Position numbers and translations under genes: made by a program | Notes under the pieces: generated by a model | The model's input: only the letters and a program-made list of their open reading frames with translations | The model's database searches: none | What the model was told of the DNA's origin: nothing | Assembly (NCBI GenBank): GCA_963514005.1 | Contig: OY740814.1 | Span: forward strand, 14,198,001 to 14,262,000 | DNA length: 64,000 bases | Direction: 5' to 3' | Source: Raja brachyura | Taxonomy: Eukaryota | In this document: piece by piece, positions 26,201 to 38,100 of the stretch | How positions within the stretch are numbered: the first letter of the stretch is position 1 | How the letters are laid out: each line of letters opens with the position of its first letter

Positions 26201-29200
26201 ATGTTGTGGCGGCACCTGGTGGCTAGCCACGGGCATAGCGAACCCTCGGCTCAGGAGGGAGGGGTTGAGCGTCTCTGAATGGGAGGTGTAGGGTCACAGG
26301 GCCTGGCCCTGGGTCTTTGAGGTCGGGTAACGCTCGTGCACAAGTAGGGAGCAGCACTGAAGTAGTAATAAATACAATCACACAATTCTGTGTTTCTGAC
26401 TAATTCTTGGCTGGACTCCTGTGAGTCCCTGCTACAATGTGAAGGTTTGGTGGCCTATTATGGGGAGCTGAATCCAGCTAGTTTTAAAACCACATTTTTA
26501 GCAGGCTGCTGGCTTGCAAGTGCACCCACTGACTGTAACAGTATCTTTCCACACCCTCTCAGATGGCCCCAACACCACGTGCCATTCAAGATCTCTTTGG
26601 TGCTACCCTAAAACAGGCCTTTCTGCCTCCTCCCCTCTCTACGCTGTCCTTAGCAATGGCTCGCATTTTCATTGTTCGCTGTTATAATGTTATTAACCTG
26701 AGAGTCCTATAGTCTCCACATGATCCTGACCTGATTTTTTTATTTCATGTGATAGTTGGGATTGGAGGAGTTCAAACCTAAGAGGTCTGGAATGGACAGA
26801 CAAGTGAACAATCTGTTCCATTGAGAATTTGGAGTTTCAAGGGCATCTGATGAGGCATTAGATATTAACATTTGTAGTTATAGAGGATTGCTTAGAGGAC
26901 AGAAAACCACCAATTATTATTTCAGGGCTGGCAGGCTATTACTTGTGATGCCACAGTGATGGGGTTCCAACCTCTCAGCTTTTCCTAGTTTATATTATTG
27001 ACTGATGAGATATCAACATGACATATCCAAGGCTAGGTGGGAAAATGAGCTGTGAGGATACCAGTCTGTGAAGGATCTGGACAGGTCAGGTGAGTGGGCA
27101 AGAGGTTGGCGGATATACTTAATCGGATATTATAAACTTTAACGGAAAGTGGGATTTTTAAATGAAGAGGAACTAAGTTCAGGAAGTCCCCAGATTACGA
27201 CAGAGTTCTGTTCCTGAGATCTGTTTATAAGTTGTAAATGAACAGACACAGCTCTGCAAGGAGAGCAAGCAACCGCCAGCCGGCCTCACTGACTCAATGA
27301 GTCATGTGGGTTTATTCAGCATTCCCAGTGCTGCTTGACTCAGTGGGGATGTTATGTGGGGGTGAAGGCGCATGTAAACGCCCAACTCCCAACCGGCAGA
27401 AGATACCTGTAGTTCCGCAGCAGCCAGCAAACCCGTCCCACTGGTCTCCAAAAACCCACTCGTATGCATGGGTAGTCCACAATCCGGGTATTTGTTGTAA
27501 AGCTGGGGAGGACCTGGATACATTGGTGTACAGAGGGTACTGGTTTATCAGCAACAGTCAAAAATAATTTTGCACCAATTATGGGATATGAGCATTGCTG
27601 GCAAGATCAGCACTTACCCTCATTGAGTATCGTGCACCTCTATACCTAAAGGTGGAGGTTCTTGCGTAGGAATTAATAGATATACCAGAAGAGGAGATTT
27701 TGTTGGAAGAGATGGTCTGGCCTAACTTGATAGGGTAGATGTTGGGATTTGTTCTCTGGTTGGAAAATTACAAACAAGAGGCCACCGCTACAAATAAGGG
27801 GGTGGTCACTTAAAACTAAGAAATGTAGAAATGTCTTCTCCCAGAAGGTGGTGAATCTCTGGAACTCTCAGGTGGTGAAGGCTGGGTCATTAGGTATATT
27901 TAAGGTGGAAGATCTTTATACGTAGAGAAAAAATTGAAAGATCATGCAAGTGCGGGTATGTGGAACTGGCACAGAAGATGAATTGGGCCAGCATATATCA
28001 GCAATGATCATAATGAAGGCAAGGGCAGGTTTGAGGAGGCAAGTGGCTTATTCCTGCTATTTGCTTGTGAAATCTACTGCTCCCAATTCTCTGGTTGTTA
28101 AGTGGTAAGAGAATGGTTGTAAACCTGGTGAGGTCCATAGAGGGCAGTTACCTGAAGCAAAATGTTGAGACTAATTTGGCCTTTTTTTTTAATCTTTCCC
28201 CTTTGTTACACCATGTGACAGAGGTGGAAGCTAAAGGACAGTCTGATAAGATTTCGACAGAAGAGTTGAAGAAGTTGATTTACAAACCAGAACTGGTGCA
28301 GATCTCTGAGAAACACACTCCGGACCAAAGCCTTGCATTTTGGATCACTGAAGAAGAGATGGGAAACATTGAGCTGGACGTCGGAGATGCGTTGCGTCTG
28401 AAAACACAGGGCGACAGCCCATTTATCCGTAAGTACTGCGCTGTCAAATTGGCTTGTTTTGGATCTGAAAGGTAAAACTGGAAATTCTCCAGAACTTCTC
28501 ACAGTCTCCAGATTGTCCCAGCCAATTTACTACTGAAATGTTATCACTGTTCACGGAACCTTAATGGTTGGACGTTTGCCGTTATTTCCATGCCAGTCAA
28601 CCTAATGGCTTTGTTCTACTTTCCGCACCAGGTTCACAACTCTGCCAGTCAGAGCTTTTCAAGTACACATCCCGCTGCTAGTTCATTCATCTTGGGGGGG
28701 GGGGTTCTGACTGTCCCACCTCCCAGGAGAAGACTCCCAGGAACTTCCAGAGTCCCACCAGCTTCTAGGTGAGAAACATCTCCTTATTTCCCCAAAACCT
28801 CATCCAATTACTTTGCACCACTCTGTATATTGGTCCTCTTATTTAAGAAAAAAACCCAGCAGCATTGTGGGCTATCCGAAAAGACTTTTCCCAGGCTAAT
28901 TTCTGAGATGGGACAGTTGCAATGTCACAGAAGTTAGATCAGGTATTCGTTGTCATCAGAAGAATGAGCCGTGATTTTATCAAAACACATAAGATCCTGA
29001 GAGGACTTGGCAGTGCAGATGTTGACATGTTACCACAAAGGGCAGAGTCTTGATCGATAGGACATATTTATAAGATATGGGGTTGGTCATTTAAAACTGA
29101 GGTGCATGGAACTTCTCACAGAGATGGGTAAATTAGAAGTGATCATAGAACACATAAATGCAGGCAGTTATACAGCCTGGAAATAGGTCTTTCTACCCAA

Positions 29201-32200
29201 CCTGTTCATGCTGAGCAAGGTGCCTTCCCATAAACGCGCTTCACTTGCCTGCATTTGATCCATTTTCTTCAGAACCTTTACTATCATCTCCGGGATCATT
29301 CTCGTAAACCACTTCTGTACCCTCTCCGATGTCAGCATATCCTTCCTCAGATATGAGGCTTAAAACTTTGCAATAATCCAAATGTGGCCTTATCAATGCC
29401 TTATAAAGCTCCAGCACTACATCCTTGCTTTTATATTCTAGTCCCTTCAAAATAAAGGCTGGCATTGCATGTACCTTCCTTACCACTGACTCAACCTGTA
29501 AATTAACCTTTTGGGAAATCCTGCACTCCCAAGTCCCTTCGCATCTCCTATTGCTGAATCCTCTCCCCATTTAGAAAGTAGTCTATTCCTTTATTCCTTC
29601 TAACAAAGGACTAACCGTAAACCTTGCTGTGATGTATTCCATTTGCCTCTTATTTGACCACTCTCCCAAACTGTCCACACCCTTCTGCAGACTCCTGGCT
29701 TCTTCAACACCACTGGTCCCTCCACATATCTTTGTATCATCAGCAAACCTGGCTGCAAAGCCATCAATTTCATCATCAACATGTTAACAATTGTTCTTTT
29801 GAATGATTGAAATAGAGCAGGGTGTGCAGTGCTCTCCAGTAATGCAAGTACTTGATTTTCAGTTACAGTGGCCAAATTGGATGCAGGGACTGTGACCAAA
29901 TGCAACTTTGCAGGTGATAAAAAGGCAGGCAATTCCTGGACAGACAATATATTTGCTACAAAGTCTAAAAACGAGCAAGAGGATAAAGGCAGCAGCCGAG
30001 GAGAGGGTGCTGAGGAGGATGAGTGGGTAAGTTATCAATGGAAAATGTCCACTTCACAAACACCTATTGGGAAATGTGTCTGATATTTTGAAGAGGTGAA
30101 CTGATTGTGAAGTTCATTGTCACTTGAATTGAACCACAAGGAAGTTGGCAGAGTGAAGCCTCATTACGTGCTGTAGTAAGGAAAACGTTGTGTCGGACAG
30201 AACATTAAATGCATTTTGTTAAATTAATGATCAGAAAACTTTGCAGTCCGACAATGAACTTTTATTTAGTCAATTACAGCTGGACTAACAAAGTATTAAA
30301 TGATTCTATAAACTGCCAAGATGAGTAAGTACTTATACGAAGGAACAAAATAAAGAAGTAAAATACAAAGACATTATCAGAATGCATGCTGTATTCCATT
30401 CCATACCAGATCGATGGCATAATGGAGGTGCATGGGTTTGATCTAATCGTATTTACAGGTAGGAGCGGCAAGGTGAACAAAACTAGCACTGAATCCTCCG
30501 TAGTACTACGTTTACTAAGGAAAGGTGGAATGGGAGAGACGGGCAGTGCTGAGAAATTAATTTTACTCAAAATCAGGAAGAACAATATTTGGGTTGAGAG
30601 TAGTCCAAATGGTTTCCAACCGTTTGCCCATACATATGGCCACTTTCAGTCAATAAACAGTGGGAACTTGTAACAAGAATAATGCAATAGTTATGGGTGA
30701 CCTTAACTGGTACAGAGTGAGCAAATTAAACGGGTAAGAGTGGTCTCAAGCACAATCTCAAGGAATACATTCAAGATAATTTCAAAACACAGTGCTTTGT
30801 GGATCCAACCTGGATGCATTCTATTTCAGATCTGATTGTATTTTAAGAGACAGCATTAATTAATGATTTCATTGGAAAGGTTCCTCTAGGAATGAGGTTT
30901 CTTGCCTTTTATTTGTCTGAAACTGGTAACATAAAATCAATTACATTAGATAAGAAGGTGGAGTAGGCTAAAGTAGATTAAAAGATACGATGGTACATAC
31001 GCAGTGGCTGGCAGTGAAAGAAACATTTTGTTATCCTTTGAAGAAATGCATACAGTTCAGGAACAAAGATTATGTAGGAAAGGGGATCCATCTGTGGGTA
31101 TTTAGACCCCGAGGATAACATCAAGCTGAAGGAAATGGTTTTGAATGAAAGTTTTTATAAAGACAGCAAAATATAACTCAACTAAGGGAGGAAGTGGAAT
31201 ATGAACAACATAGCAACAACTATAAAAACAGAGTGAAAGCTTCTGTAAATGTGTTTCGAAGAAGAATGTCCCAAAGAAATAGAGCAAATCGTGATGAAGA
31301 ATAAAGAGAATACGAGGAATAGGTCAATCCAAGGTAGGCCCATCACTGTGAATGGCAGGACCCTGGGGAGTGTTGTAGAGCAGAGGATTCTAGGTATGCA
31401 GATACATAGCTACCAGAAAGTGACTTCACAGGGAGATAGGATGGTCAAGAAGACTTTTAGTACATTAGCCTTCATCAGTCAGGGTATTGAATATAGTAAA
31501 GAAAAGACACAAAGCACCTGAGTAACTTAGTGGGTCAGACAGCATTACTGGAGAACATGGATTGGTGATCAAGTTGGGCTGAAGGGCCTGTGTCCAGGTT
31601 GTATGACTGACTTTGACAAGGAGATGGTTGAGAAGTTAAATGTTTTGCATATTATCTACTTTAGCCAACCTCTCTCTTAACATCGATGTAATTGACTTTT
31701 CTTACGTTGCCAGTTTAAAGGCATGAAGTTAAATGTTTTGCATATTAAACGCTTATCAAAAAGTAAAGAGAACTAAGGATCAAAAGGGATGAAGGGAACA
31801 ATCAATTACTGTCAGTAGAGCAAAAATATGATCTCAATAATTAAGGCTTGACAGATTATCTGGAGCAGATGGCCCACATGCTAAGGTTATAAAAGAAGAG
31901 GCTACAGAGAGGTAGACGCTTTGGTTATGATCAACTACAGTTCTCTGGATTCCAGCAGTGTGACAGCAGATTAGACCAGCAACAATAACTGCCCTGTAAG
32001 AAAAGATTAGAAACCAAGCAAGAATCTGGCCCACTGTCTCCTGTAGGGAAATTGGTTTATTGCTGACTGCGCCAATTTCCCTACAGGAGACAGTGGGACA
32101 GATTCTTGCTTGGCATCTAAATAAGTCATACTGCTGAGGTGTAAGCTGCCCAAGCGAAATATGAGGTGCTGTTCCTTCAATTTGTGCTGGGCCTCGCACC

Positions 32201-32945
32201 AGGTCAGAAAGTTCAGTGTGGGGATGGGAGGGGGAGTTAAAGTGTTTAGCAACTGGGAGATTGGGTAGGTTTAGGCGGACTAAGCGGAAGTGTTCAGCAA
32301 AAAAATCGCCAAGTCTGCGCTTGGCCTCATCGATATATAGGAGTCCACACCTGGAACAGCAGATACCATAGATGACGATGGAGAAGGTGCAAGTGATTCT
32401 CTGCCTCACCTGAAAACACTGTCAGGGTCCTTGGACGGATTCGAGGGGGGAGGTGTTGTATCTCCTGTGGTTGCAGGGGAAAGTACCTGGGGAGGCGGTG
32501 GTTTGGGAGGAAACGGACGAGTTGACCAGGGAGTTGCAGAGGGAACGGTCTCTGTGGAAAAAGTTTAGAACTTTTTGAAGATCTAGACATGCAAGTTCAG
32601 GTATTGGTGGAATGTCACAACATTTTCTAAACAGAAAAGCCTATAATTAGAACTAGGGGTTGTTGGAGATGTCTTCCCTGGCTCCCAACCAACCCCACCC
32701 AATTTGTTTTCTCTTTGCATGCATGACTGATGTCTGTATTGTAAACATGAACACTGTTTTAAATGAGCTGTGTGTCTTCAACAGCAAGTTTTATACTTGA
32801 GTGATTTGTTTCATTAGTTATTTTAGAATTTTTAAAATTTAGTTTAGAGATACAGCACGGAAACGGGCCGTTTGGCCCACTGAGACACGCCGACAGCGAT
32901 CCCCGCACAATTTTAACAATTGTTTTTGCCTTCCAGGATGATTGA
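23146..32945 (+). CDS. ARPIN: ARPIN (Arp2/3 complex inhibitor, C15orf38); spliced CDS, 229 aa
   Basis: join(23146..23246, 24496..24571, 25584..25716, 28222..28428, 29863..30026, 32937..32945) gives MSRIY...LEGEL...IHKRKFD..G.EIEPNFS.T.KVNTGYLMSS.KVEAKG...RLKTQGDSPF...AKLDAGTVTKCNF...WTDNI...GEGAEEDEWDD*, including the acidic Arp2/3-binding tail. Confidence 0.95.
23325..23860 (+). mobile_element. Young CR1 LINE 3' fragment in ARPIN intron 1
   Basis: PNLRKDILVIEAVQ..FTRLIPGMAGLSYEERL...; closely similar to 62695-63226. Confidence 0.88.
24496..24571 (+). CDS. ARPIN: ARPIN exon 2
   Basis: tgcag|T-GPGAVLEGELRLVTRHQIEDETDSK|gtgagc. Confidence 0.92.
25095..25349 (+). repeat. Diverged direct duplicate of 26270..26521 (LTR 3' part plus unique flank)
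   Basis: About 90% identical by eye over ~250 bp; includes sequence beyond the LTR end and its TSD. Confidence 0.85.
25584..25716 (+). CDS. ARPIN: ARPIN exon 3
   Basis: cag|YRYFILYIKPTKIHKRKFD...GYLMSSF-A|gtgagt. Confidence 0.95.
26205..26436 (+). mobile_element. Solo LTR (232 bp, Gypsy-like 4-bp TSD)
   Basis: TGTGGCGG...CTGCTACA termini, internal AATAAA, TSD ATGT (26201-26204 and 26437-26440). Confidence 0.75.
28222..28428 (+). CDS. ARPIN: ARPIN exon 4
   Basis: acag|AG-VEAKGQSDK...LKTQGDSPFI-C|gtaagt. Confidence 0.95.
29145..29790 (-). mobile_element. CR1 LINE RT fragment
   Basis: KVNLQVESVVRK...LAFI.KGLEYKSKDVVLELYKALIRPHLDYC. Confidence 0.8.
29863..30026 (+). CDS. ARPIN: ARPIN exon 5
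   Basis: ttcag|TT-TVAKLDAGTVTKCNFAGD...GAEEDEW|gtaagt. Confidence 0.95.
32125..32560 (-). mobile_element. Penelope-like GIY-YIG fragment
   Basis: RITCT...IYGICCSRCGLLYI.E.KRRLGD.FAEH...KHFNSPSH; homologous to 8848-9385. Confidence 0.8.
32937..32945 (+). CDS. ARPIN: ARPIN last coding exon (DD*)
   Basis: tttttgccttccag|GAT GAT TGA completes the conserved EWDD terminus. Confidence 0.85.
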   Translation, partial: DD

Positions 32946-34125
32946 TGGTCCAGGCAGTCAGCGAGACGATGCGATGACCAGCCCTGGCAAACCATTTTTT
33001 TTACACTCCCTCTCATCGTTTGACTTGTTCTTTAATTGGCACTAAAATTTATGACCCTTTGGATTTACCAACTGCGGAACACTATTCAAAGAGGCTCGGT
33101 GCTTTGCTCGAAACTTATATCTGAACTTTCATGCTTTTCTTTGCTTTTGAACTAAATCGCGTATCGAATGCCTTTTGCTGAACCCGAGCATTGTTGTGTG
33201 TGTTGTATTACACTCATCCTTCTTCTTTGGCATTTTATGCTTGGTCTGAGAATATGGGTTACTGATGAGCTGACAGCAAACCAATGTCTGGGGAAAAAGG
33301 TTCAATTTTTGCTTTTATTTGAAATGAATTTTAGCACAACTCTGAGGGAATATAGGTCAGAGAGTGCAGTGTTATGTGTCAGTGATATGTTTGGGTGGGA
33401 ATTGACCTGCAGTGAACCAAGATGAGCGTTAGTGATTTACTGAGCTGAAACCAGGTTATCTTCATTTGGCATACGTTTGTGGTTCATAAGTGACCTTTGC
33501 TGAGTACAACATGAGGTTGCACACAATAGAGTTTATATTCAAAGAGAGGAATAGTCAGTCGTCAGGGAATGGAGTTTGTGACGGGGTTGAAGATGATGGC
33601 TTCATCCTTCACTGTTAATAGGAGGAAATTTCCACTCATCCGTTACTGGATGTTGGACAAGTAGCCTGATGATGCAGTTGCAACTGGAGGCGATGGTGAG
33701 GTGAAGCCCGGTGAAATCGAAGAGGTGTAGTCAATCCTTGCCAGATTCTGGAAGGGAAGTTACAGGAAATATCAAGAGTGTGTGGATAGATAAGAATAGA
33801 AGCAAGTGTGTGCTGTCCCTACCAGAAGCTTTTTGGGATGCAAGGGTTAACAAGGTCAGTATGTTGAGTAGGGAGAGATGCTGAGGCTGATTTGAACCAC
33901 TGGTACAGAGCCAGGACAGAACCTCTCCAGCCGGGGCTGGGCCCAGCATTAACCAACTTTAAACAGGAAATTCTGAGAGATGCGATGGAAAAATCTGTGC
34001 TTTTTATTAAGTGTTTTTTAATATCCTTTGGTTAATGTTTGCTTGCCTGTAAACAATATATTTGTACTTTTTTACACTAATGCTTATAAGTTGTTTATTT
34101 GAACAAAATTTTAATTTCTTCAATG

Positions 34126-34131
34126 AATAAA
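34126..34131 (+). terminator. Candidate ARPIN polyadenylation signal
   Basis: AATAAA in AT-rich context ~1.2 kb after the stop codon and before the AP3S2 promoter. Confidence 0.45.
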
Positions 34132-34859
34132 AGTTATCAAATGTACTTTAATAATTTCACTCTGCTTCTGTTAGCGTTTCGGAGAACTCTCATCTGTCTT
34201 CTGTGCTGCACTGTTGTGTAGATGGCAGGCTTTATTGGATGGGACAGGTGTAATGGATTCATAGGATCAGGTATTTCACATTACTGAGTGCAAGTAAGTA
34301 TAGCATTGTGCAGGACAAGATGTTAATACTCTCTGCAGATAGTGAGAACTACCACATGTGTATGAAAAGGAAGCTAAGGGAAATGTGCGTAGAGGAAATT
34401 ACATTGATTCTAAATTCTTTTGGATTAGTCTTCATAGCTTTAAACATAATTGATAAATCAAAAAGCTGCAAAGAGAAATCTGAGAACCATAGACCAGTAG
34501 GCCTAACATCTATGGTAGGAATGTTACTGGAAAGGATTCTGAGGGATAAGATACACGTGCGTTTGGAAAGACAAGGGATGACTAGGGATAGTCAGCATGG
34601 TTTTGTGCAGGTTGTGTCTCGTGATTTAGAACATTTTGAAGAAGTAACCAAGACAGTGGATGATGGCAGGGCCATAGACGTTCTCTATATGGGGTTTGTT
34701 TGGATGTGACTGAAGGGCCTGTTTCCATGCTTGCATGACTATGACACATTGGGAGCTTTGTAGTAAATTCACCACGGATACCGCCTGACCAGCTGAGTTT
34801 CTGAGTTTTTTTTTCAATCTATTAAATCTCGGTTGAAATTCGATTTCTACGCTGCTAGA

Positions 34860-35093
34860 GAGCACCAGACGCCGTTCTGGGCATCGTGAGTCAATGGTGG
34901 TTCGCCTTGCCCAGAGGCCACCGCGCACAGGAATACACTCTATCCGCGTCAGTGAGATGTTGGAGCCGCGACGTCAACTCGTGGGGAGGACGGCAGGGGG
35001 CAGCACCGCGCCGCCGCGCTCGGTCAGCTGCTGATGTCAACGGAGCCGGAAGCGGTGCAGGCCGTCCGGAAGTGGTGCGGGTTGTCCGGGAGG
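34860..35093 (+). promoter_or_regulatory. AP3S2 CpG-rich promoter
   Basis: CpG-rich; ETS motifs CCGGAAG at 35046 and CCGGAAGTG at 35066; CRE-like GACGTCA at ~34970 and TGATGTCA at ~35032. Confidence 0.65.
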
Positions 35094-35162
35094 ATGATCA
35101 AGGCGATCTTGGTGTTTAACAATCATGGCAAGCCGCGGCTCAGCCGCTTCTACCAGCACTTC
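35094..35162 (+). CDS. AP3S2: AP3S2 exon 1
   Basis: MIKAILVFNNHGKPRLSRFYQHF|gtgagt. Confidence 0.95.
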
Positions 35163-38100
35163 GTGAGTAGCCGAGCTCGGGGCCGGCCTCCTGCACACGA
35201 TACCGCACTCCTGGGGCGAGCTCCAGCTCCATGCCTTCCCCTCGCCTTATACCCGTCCCTCTGGTCTGGGACTGCCTTGGGGAACAGGCTGTGGTTATCC
35301 ATCTTATCTGTGCCCCTCATGAGTTTATAAACTCCTCCGAGGTCACAACTTTGCTCCCCGAAATATAGTTCCACCCTCTCATTACGACTCACGCCTCCAG
35401 TCCTGGTAACATCCTGGAGAATTTATTCTGCGCTATTTCCAGTTTAACTACACCCTTCATATAGCTGGGCAACCGGAACTGCGCACAATGCTCCAAGTGC
35501 TGTCTCATCAATGTCTTTCAACTTTTGTGCCCAAAACCCTGACCGATGAAGGCAAGTGTGCGAAACACCACACCTATGCATCCGCTTTCATGGAACTACA
35601 TACCTGCACTCGTATGTCTGTCTGTCTGCTCTGCAAACAGCCCCAGCGCCCTGGCATGCACGGTGTATGTCCTGGTCTGGTTTAACTTGCCAAAATGCAT
35701 CACCTTGGGGTTAAATTCCATCTGTCATTCCATCGCCCACTTTCCCAGTTGCTCTAGATAGCCTTCTTCACCTTCCATTATACCACCAATTTTGGTGTCT
35801 GCAAACTTACTAATCACACCACTTGCATTTCCAGATAATTAATATGCACCTTGGCACACTGTTGGTGACAGCCTCCCAATTGGCTAGTTCACCCTGGGTA
35901 CCATGTAATTTAACCTGGACTGGCATACCATGCAGGACCTTGTCAAAAGGGATTTTGAGGTTGTGACAATCTCAAAGAAAGCATTAATACGAGCTTTTAT
36001 TACTCAGAGGGAGGCAAATCCTTGGAATTCCTCACCCCAGAGGCTGGGTCATTGAGTTAATTCAGAACAGAGATTTATAAGTTTTGGACAATTAAGGGAA
36101 TGAAAATGTGATGAAAGGGCAGGAAAATAGATGATGAATGACCACATACTTAAGGGCTGGAATGATCTCCACCCTCTGTTCCTTATCTTATTATACACTA
36201 CCAGTCTAAACATTAATTGTCCACCCTCACTGTCTGCACTCTGTCTAGTGATTAATATTGTAGTCGGAGTGTTACCCTTTTAATTCCATTGATTTTGGTA
36301 ATAAGTAATTGCAGCTTCGTATTTTTATTTTACGAACAAGGAATGTTGAAGGGAACATGATTGAAGAGATCTTTATGGATTTAGCTAGGTGTTTAATAAA
36401 GTTTAGATCAGTTTCCCTCATGGCAATGTAAAATACATTGTTATTCAGGGGAAGATGGCAGTTTCATTGTGGGCCGAAGGGCCTGTTCCTGTGCTGAACT
36501 GTTCTATGTACATTTGCTTTTCATGGTTTATTTTTTACTATCCATCAGTAATTTATGTTTGCAGATGATGAAGGTTGATAGGGGGAAAAATAGTTTAGAT
36601 AGCAGAAAGACATCACTGGAAATGAAATTTTATGGGTAGAAGCGATGCATTTTGGGGTGTCCAAGATGAGAATGCTGAATACATTATGGATTTGGAAAGC
36701 GGTACATTGACTGGATTTCCACAAATCTGAAGGTAAAATGAGTGTCACCGGCTAGTTGCCTTTACTGATTGCAGCACGAGTGAAGAGAAAGGAGGCCGTG
36801 CAGGACTGCATAAATCTTTTGTTAGGCCACAGCTAGGATATCAGACAGAGTTCGATAACCAGCCTGAAGACTGGCTGTGAAGTACTGGCGAGGATTTAAA
36901 GAGAAATACATGAGTCAAGTCAAGAGTGTTTTATTGTCATATGTCCCGGACAGGACAATGAAATTCTTAAATTGTATAGAAGTGTAGTTATTCTTTAGAT
37001 TAGAGAGGCTGAGGGGAGTTTTATGTGAGTTTTTATTACATTGTAGGCAGCCAGGACAGGGCGAACAGCCTGTACCTTAGTCGGGATTCCAGCCAGTTGG
37101 AAGCAGTAAATGTAACATCCCAATGCAAGAAAGGAGGGAGTGTCAGAGAGAGAGAGAGAGAGTCATTAAGCATGAAAATACAATCCATGTAGCCTAACAT
37201 CTGTCCGAAAGCTGACATCCAAGAGTGGAGAAATAGTAGCAGGACATTGAGAAAGTCTTAAACAAAGTGGACATTGAACATTATCTTATTATACACTACC
37301 AGTCTAAACATTAATTGTCCACCCTCACTGTCTGCACTCTGTCTAGTGATTAATATTGTAGTCGGAGTGTTACCCTTTTAATTCCATTGATTTTGGTAAT
37401 AAGTAATTGCAGCTTCGTATTTTTATTTTAGTGCAAGAGAAATCAGATTAGATAAGATAGATTTTTTTTGGGTTATGGTTCAACAGTGCTTATTTGTCAC
37501 ATATGCAACTGCACAGTAAAATTCTTTTTCCATATTTACACATGCATGCGCCGCCATGTTTTCACGCCATTATTCAAAGTCCAAACTCTGGTTGGCCCAA
37601 GCGCTCGATGTACTGGAGCACTTTCCATGAACAGATGTCCCTCTCCACTCCCGGTCTTCTTTGCGTCCCGGGGATGCCTCCTGTAGCCAACCATTAAGGC
37701 TGGTCCACCCTCCGATGTCTCCAGCTCCCTCCCCGTTACAACGTCCCATGAGTCTTCAGCCAGGTTAAAGGTCCTGCTGCGTTGGCTGTAACTTGTGTAT
37801 GGATTGCCAGTGTACTCCATCAACCTCATATCTGTCGTTACTATAGATTGCAGGGACAGATTCTGCAACGTCTCTGCAGGATGTTGGTGAGGCCATGTCT
37901 AGGTATGGTATAAAGCGGTGGCCTCCTTTACATACTTGAGATGGAAGTGGATCAGATAAGGATAAGCTGGTTCTGGGACAAAGGGGTTGGGTAGTTTGGG
38001 TTTGCGTTCTTTGCAACTGATTGTGTTTGTTTTATGTGTTCAGTCGGAGGATATGCAACAGCAGATTATCCGTGAAACTTTCCAACTGGTGTCCAGGAGA

